From the IMG/VR virus record IMGVR_UViG_2671181094_000008, positions 1-40,078 of that record: DNA of 40,078 nt, one strand, 5' to 3'. Within the stretch, counting starts at the first letter, position 1, and every line of letters begins with the position of its first letter. Under the pieces are notes generated by a model. That model was not told the origin of the DNA, made no database searches, and saw only the letters and a program-made list of their open reading frames with translations. Source of the stretch: a virus. Taxonomy: Duplodnaviria; Heunggongvirae; Uroviricota; Caudoviricetes. The position numbers and the translations under genes were made by a program. Below are positions 35,914-40,078 of this stretch, piece after piece.

Positions 35914-36533
35914 TGGAACAACGCACCCCAGAATGGTTTGCCGCTCGCTGCGGAAAAGTCACAGCCAGCCGCCTTGCTGACGTCATGGCCAGAACCAAGT
36001 CTGGCTATGCCGCAAGCCGACAGAACTACATGGCCGAGCTGATTTGCCAGCGCCTCACCGGGAAGCTTGAAGAAGGTTTCTCCAACGCCGCAATGATGCG
36101 CGGAACAGAACTCGAGCCGGTAGCGCGCGAAATGTATGCGCTGAATGAGTTCGATGCCGAAATCACTGAAGTGGGGCTTATCGATCACCCATCTATACCA
36201 GGATTTGCAGCAAGCCCTGATGGGCTTGTTAATGGTGATGGGCTTATCGAAATTAAGTGCCCCAACACCTGGACTCATCTTGAGACCTTAAAAACTGGCG
36301 AGCCAAAACGCCAGTACCTGCTGCAGATGCACGCTCAGATGATGTGCACAGGGCGTAAATGGTGTGATTTCGTTAGTTTCGACGATCGTCTACCACCAGA
36401 CCTCGCCTATTTCAAAAAGCGCATTCACTTCGACGAAGCACTGGCAAATGAGATTGAGTCCGAAGTGAAAAAGTTCCTGGAAGAGCTGGAGAAAGAAATT
36501 TCCAGCATAAAAAACCACGACCATGCCGCATGA
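35910..36533 (+). CDS. YqaJ-like recombination exonuclease (lambda Exo-type fold)
   Basis: N-terminus MMEQRTPEWFAARCGKVTAS typical of YqaJ; start overlaps the RecT stop. Confidence 0.8.
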   Translation: MMEQRTPEWFAARCGKVTASRLADVMARTKSGYAASRQNYMAELICQRLTGKLEEGFSNAAMMRGTELEPVAREMYALNEFDAEITEVGLIDHPSIPGFAASPDGLVNGDGLIEIKCPNTWTHLETLKTGEPKRQYLLQMHAQMMCTGRKWCDFVSFDDRLPPDLAYFKKRIHFDEALANEIESEVKKFLEELEKEISSIKNHDHAA

Positions 36534-36561
36534 GAAAGGCAGACACGAAAAGAGGTGCGCA

Positions 36562-37089
36562 ATGACTGATTTCGGCGGGTCGAAAACTCCAAAAAATGAA
36601 CGTGACTACTGGCAAACACCGATTGAAATTTTCAACGCGCTCGACCGCGAGTTTGGCTTCTGGCTGGATGCTGCAGCCTCTGAGAGTAATGCGCTATGCG
36701 CTCACTACCTCACTGAGCTGGATGACTCGCTGAACAGTGAATGGACGTCATACGGGGCGATATGGTGTAACCCGCCCTATTCCGATATTGGGCCGTGGGT
36801 GGAAAAGGCAGCCGAGCAATCCCGGGCGCAGTCTCAGGCCGTAGTGATGTTGTTACCGGCTGACATTTCTACCGGCTGGTTTATTTCAGCCATGCAATCA
36901 GCTGATGAACTCAGACTCATAACCGGCGGCCGTGTTCAGTTTGTTCCGGCATCCGTTACAGGAAAGCGCCGGAGCAACCCCAAAGGCTCGCTTCTGTTTA
37001 TCTGGCGTCCGTACATCACCCCGCGACACATCATCACGACTGTATCGCTGGCTGAGTTAAAGCGGATCGGGAATCTGGAGGCTGCATGA
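36562..37089 (+). CDS. Phage-type DNA N6-adenine methyltransferase
   Basis: Catalytic WCNPPYS motif; start MTDFGGSKTPKNE chosen; no adjacent restriction endonuclease. Confidence 0.75.
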   Translation: MTDFGGSKTPKNERDYWQTPIEIFNALDREFGFWLDAAASESNALCAHYLTELDDSLNSEWTSYGAIWCNPPYSDIGPWVEKAAEQSRAQSQAVVMLLPADISTGWFISAMQSADELRLITGGRVQFVPASVTGKRRSNPKGSLLFIWRPYITPRHIITTVSLAELKRIGNLEAA

Positions 37090-37302
37090 CGCCAGAAGAA
37101 AAAGAAAACGCTCTCCGCGCCCAGGCTCGTCGCTGCGCAGAAGAGATAACCAAAGCGATGAGCGTAAAGCCTAAACCGAAGTGGAACGCTGTATGCCCCC
37201 CATCCTTCGCAAGCACTACGAGAAGGTAAAGCCGATGGGTGTCAGCCTGGTGAAATTTGTCAGTGTTATTGGCCACATGAATGGGCGGTATGGAGTGGAA
37301 TC

Positions 37303-37503
37303 ATGAGCAAGTATCCAAGAGTCGGCAGTGTTGCTGCCAAAAGCAAAAATACCTCTGCCAGATGCAAATGCGGTGCAGTTGCGAAGTTTAAAACCACGGT
37401 TGAAGTAAATGTTTTCCGTGGTGATGACGAAGTGGTCTGGACTTGTAACGAGCACAAAAAAGACTGCTCATTTTTAGTCGGCGGGCAAGGCGGTGCTGTA
37501 TGA
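37303..37503 (+). CDS. Hypothetical Cys-containing small protein
   Basis: 66-aa ORF with CKCG and C...C spacing. Confidence 0.35.
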   Translation: MSKYPRVGSVAAKSKNTSARCKCGAVAKFKTTVEVNVFRGDDEVVWTCNEHKKDCSFLVGGQGGAV

Positions 37504-37514
37504 AAGAACGCGGA

Positions 37515-38156
37515 ATGATTTTTAACGGGGAGATGGTGCGGGCCATTCTCGACGGACGGAAGACGCAGACGCGGCGCCCGGTAAAGTTTCCGGTTTTAGA
37601 TAAAAACCTTGGGTGCGAGCTGGCTGGCAATGAACTGGCTGGGGAGCTGTCGGCAGGCAACTATCTGAACAGCGCATTTGGTAAACCAGGCGATCGAGTT
37701 TGGGTGCGCGAGACGTGGGGAGTCGTCAGTCACGAACTTGATGAGGATGGTCGAATCCAACCATGGACGCCAAACCGACCTGCTACAGCCATTCACGAAA
37801 TGCCGTTTGGCAATGGCTATTACTCTGGCCACGCCATTTATGCAGCTGATGGTGATTTTACCTGGGGTGATGACGATGGTTATGAAGATGGCCGTTCGTG
37901 CTGGAGGCCATCCATTCATATGCCGAAAGCAGCCAGCCGCATTCTGCTGGAAATCACCGACGTGCGCGTTGAGCGCCTACGCAGCATGAGCCAGGACGAT
38001 GCACGCGCCGAGGGTGTTATTGCCGCATCTGGCCCTATGGAAGCCGGTTTAGCATTCCGCGAGCTGTGGGACTCAATCTACGGCGAGGAGAGCTGGAAAG
38101 CCAACCCCTGGGTTTGGGTTATCGAGTTCAAGCGAGTTGAAGGCGGTGCAGCATGA
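37515..38156 (+). CDS. Hypothetical protein (possibly ASCH/PUA-like)
   Basis: Start MIFNGEMVRAILDGRKTQTRRP; assignment by recollection only. Confidence 0.35.
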   Translation: MIFNGEMVRAILDGRKTQTRRPVKFPVLDKNLGCELAGNELAGELSAGNYLNSAFGKPGDRVWVRETWGVVSHELDEDGRIQPWTPNRPATAIHEMPFGNGYYSGHAIYAADGDFTWGDDDGYEDGRSCWRPSIHMPKAASRILLEITDVRVERLRSMSQDDARAEGVIAASGPMEAGLAFRELWDSIYGEESWKANPWVWVIEFKRVEGGAA

Positions 38157-38371
38157 GCGCAGAACTCATCGATCAGGCCAACGAGCTGGCAGAGCGCCGG
38201 CTGGAAATGACCATCCATAACATGCGCATCAACCATGCTGCAGTTTCAGCTACCCACTGCCGCGACTGCGGGGAAGAGATACCCGAGCGGCGCCGGGAAC
38301 TGGTGGCGGGATGCCAGCGCTGTGCTGATTGCCAAGAAGAGTTTGAAGAACGTGGTAAGCACCTGAGGTGA
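38153..38371 (+). CDS. TraR/DksA-family C4 zinc-finger protein
   Basis: CRDCGEEIPERRRELVAGCQRCADC (CxxC-N17-CxxC). Confidence 0.7.
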   Translation: MSAELIDQANELAERRLEMTIHNMRINHAAVSATHCRDCGEEIPERRRELVAGCQRCADCQEEFEERGKHLR

Positions 38372-38383
38372 TGTATGTGGGTA

Positions 38384-38509
38384 ATGATGAAGATTAAACG
38401 TACTGGGCAGGAGATGTATTTCCAGTGTTACGACAGCAGGGAAACGGCTGAAATGGCGATTAAGGTTATGAATTCCGTCGCCAGTAGCTGGGAATTCTAT
38501 ATCAGTTAA
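38384..38509 (+). CDS. Hypothetical small protein (41 aa)
   Basis: MMKIKRTGQEMYFQCYDSRETAEMAIKVMNSVASSWEFYIS; not in the ORF track. Confidence 0.3.
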   Translation: MMKIKRTGQEMYFQCYDSRETAEMAIKVMNSVASSWEFYIS

Positions 38510-38530
38510 AGAGTGCGGCAGAGGTGATGC

Positions 38531-38776
38531 ATGCAGACAATAATCCAGATCGAGCCAAACGAATGGGTTTCAGAGGACTTGCTGATGGCAGTCACAGGGA
38601 TGAAACGTGGAACCATTACACGGGCCCGCAAATCATCCTGGCTGCTTGGGCGTGAGTATAAGCACGTTTCCCCTGAAGGTGACCCAAAGCCAACCAGCGA
38701 ATGCATGTACAACCGCAAAGCGGTAGACGCATGGATTCAGGCGCAAAAGCAACCATTGGGTGATCGGGCGGTATGA
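38531..38776 (+). CDS. Excisionase-like protein
   Basis: 81-aa protein immediately upstream of the integrase. Confidence 0.55.
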   Translation: MQTIIQIEPNEWVSEDLLMAVTGMKRGTITRARKSSWLLGREYKHVSPEGDPKPTSECMYNRKAVDAWIQAQKQPLGDRAV

Positions 38777-38818
38777 AACAGGTAAACTTGCAACGCTCCT
38801 GGACGTCGGGAGGGATAA

Positions 38819-40078
38819 ATGAGTAAAGAATCATACCCAACGGGCGTTGAGAACCACGGAAAGTCACTCCGCATATGGTTCATTTTTAAAGGTAAGCGTG
38901 TCAGGGAAAACCTCGGTGTCCCTGACACCGCTAAAAACAGGAAGGTGGCCGGGGAGCTGAGAACGTCAGTTTGTTTCGCTATCCGCATGGGGACCTTTGA
39001 CTATGCGGCCCAATTTCCCAACTCGCCAAATCTGAAAACTTTCGGCATCGGGAAGAAAGATATCACCGTAAAAGATCTGTCTGAAAAATGGCTTGAGCTT
39101 AAACGGATGGAGATCTGCGCTAATGCCATAAACAGGTATGAATCGGTGGTGAGAAGCATGCTGCCGAGGGTTGGCGCGAATAAGCTGGTTTCGTCTGTGA
39201 CAAGAGAAGAGCTTCTCTATATCAGGAAGGATATGCTGGCGGGGGATAAAGGGTTGAGTGTGGTGACGGTAAACTACTACATGACCACGATCGCGGGTAT
39301 GTTTCAGTTCGCTGTTGATAATGGCTATGTGAGTGAAAACCCGTTTAACGGCATCAAGCCGCTAAAGAGGGCTAGGATAGAACCAGATCCGCTCACACGT
39401 GATGAATTCGTTCGCTTCATTGATGCCTGCAAGCATCAGCAAACGAAAAACCTGTGGTCAATTGCGGTATACACAGGATTACGTCACGGTGAGCTGGTAT
39501 CCCTCGCATGGGAAGACATAGATCTGAAAACTGGAACGATGACCATACGCCGGAATTATACGAAACTCGGTGATTTCACTCTACCAAAAACCGAAGCCGG
39601 TACCGACAGGGTCGTTCACCTGATCAAGCCAGCCATTGACGCTTTGAGGAACCAGGCGGAAATGACCAGGTTAGGCAGGCAGTATCAGGTTGAGGTACAA
39701 CTGCGGGAGTATGGCCGAACGGTCATTCACGACTGTACATTTGTGTTCAATCCTCAGTTGGTTAAAAAAAGTGGCAGCGTAGGTTACCTGTACAAAGCCG
39801 ATTCAGTTGGTGACTCATGGGATGCGGCGCTTAAACGGTCAGGTTTAAGGCACCGCAAGGCGTATCAGTCGAGACACACTTACGCCTGCTGGTCGCTGTC
39901 TGCCGGGGCCAACCCGAGTTTCATTGCCAGCCAGATGGGACACGCCAGCGCCCAGATGGTTTTCAATGTTTACGGCGCCTGGATGGCCGACAGCAGCAGC
40001 GATCAGATTGCTATGTTGAACCAGAAATTATCGGACTTTGCCCCATCCATGCCCCATGGCATGGCGATAGGAATATGA
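38819..40078 (+). CDS. Tyrosine site-specific integrase
   Basis: 419 aa with C-terminal catalytic-domain segments (...RHTYACWSLSAGANPSFIASQMGHASAQMVFNVYGAWM); the stop coincides with the window end, so attL is outside the window. Confidence 0.9.
   Translation: MSKESYPTGVENHGKSLRIWFIFKGKRVRENLGVPDTAKNRKVAGELRTSVCFAIRMGTFDYAAQFPNSPNLKTFGIGKKDITVKDLSEKWLELKRMEICANAINRYESVVRSMLPRVGANKLVSSVTREELLYIRKDMLAGDKGLSVVTVNYYMTTIAGMFQFAVDNGYVSENPFNGIKPLKRARIEPDPLTRDEFVRFIDACKHQQTKNLWSIAVYTGLRHGELVSLAWEDIDLKTGTMTIRRNYTKLGDFTLPKTEAGTDRVVHLIKPAIDALRNQAEMTRLGRQYQVEVQLREYGRTVIHDCTFVFNPQLVKKSGSVGYLYKADSVGDSWDAALKRSGLRHRKAYQSRHTYACWSLSAGANPSFIASQMGHASAQMVFNVYGAWMADSSSDQIAMLNQKLSDFAPSMPHGMAIGI

Noticed and set aside
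38819-40078. Search for attL/attP core next to the integrase
   Set aside because: The window ends at the integrase stop codon, so the attachment site is not in view.

Overview
This window is almost entirely one lambdoid prophage, with most genes on the minus strand. Reading left to right: a truncated IS1 right end (1..297), an AT-rich acyltransferase-3 gene (candidate O-antigen acetylation), then a Mu/P2-type contractile tail module (short fibre-like protein, gp48/47/46/45/44-like baseplate, DNA-circularisation protein, tape measure, frameshifted chaperone, tube, sheath). Next comes a lambda-type head module (major capsid E, decoration D, acidic scaffold, S49 protease, portal, gpW, large and small terminase), a putative cos region, a lysis cassette (pinholin-like holin with dual start, SAR endolysin, embedded Rz/Rz1), a phage tRNA, antiterminator Q, a nin-like region with RusA, the replication module (DnaC-like loader, O-like initiator with internal iteron origin), and cII and cro. 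On the plus strand are the cI repressor, an early-left operon (RecT, YqaJ-type exonuclease, Dam-type methyltransferase, TraR/DksA zinc finger, excisionase) and a tyrosine integrase that ends exactly at the window edge, so no attachment site is visible. The most interesting locus is an AT-rich cassette immediately downstream of cI, in the position lambda uses for rexA/rexB: a 39-aa membrane peptide, a protein with a HipA/PI3-4-kinase-like catalytic signature (DRHNGN, then LIDHE), and a translationally coupled 293-aa partner with no motif I recognise. I propose it as a candidate lysogen-expressed toxin or abortive-infection system. All calls rest on manual reading of the six-frame translations and the DNA; no database search was run.
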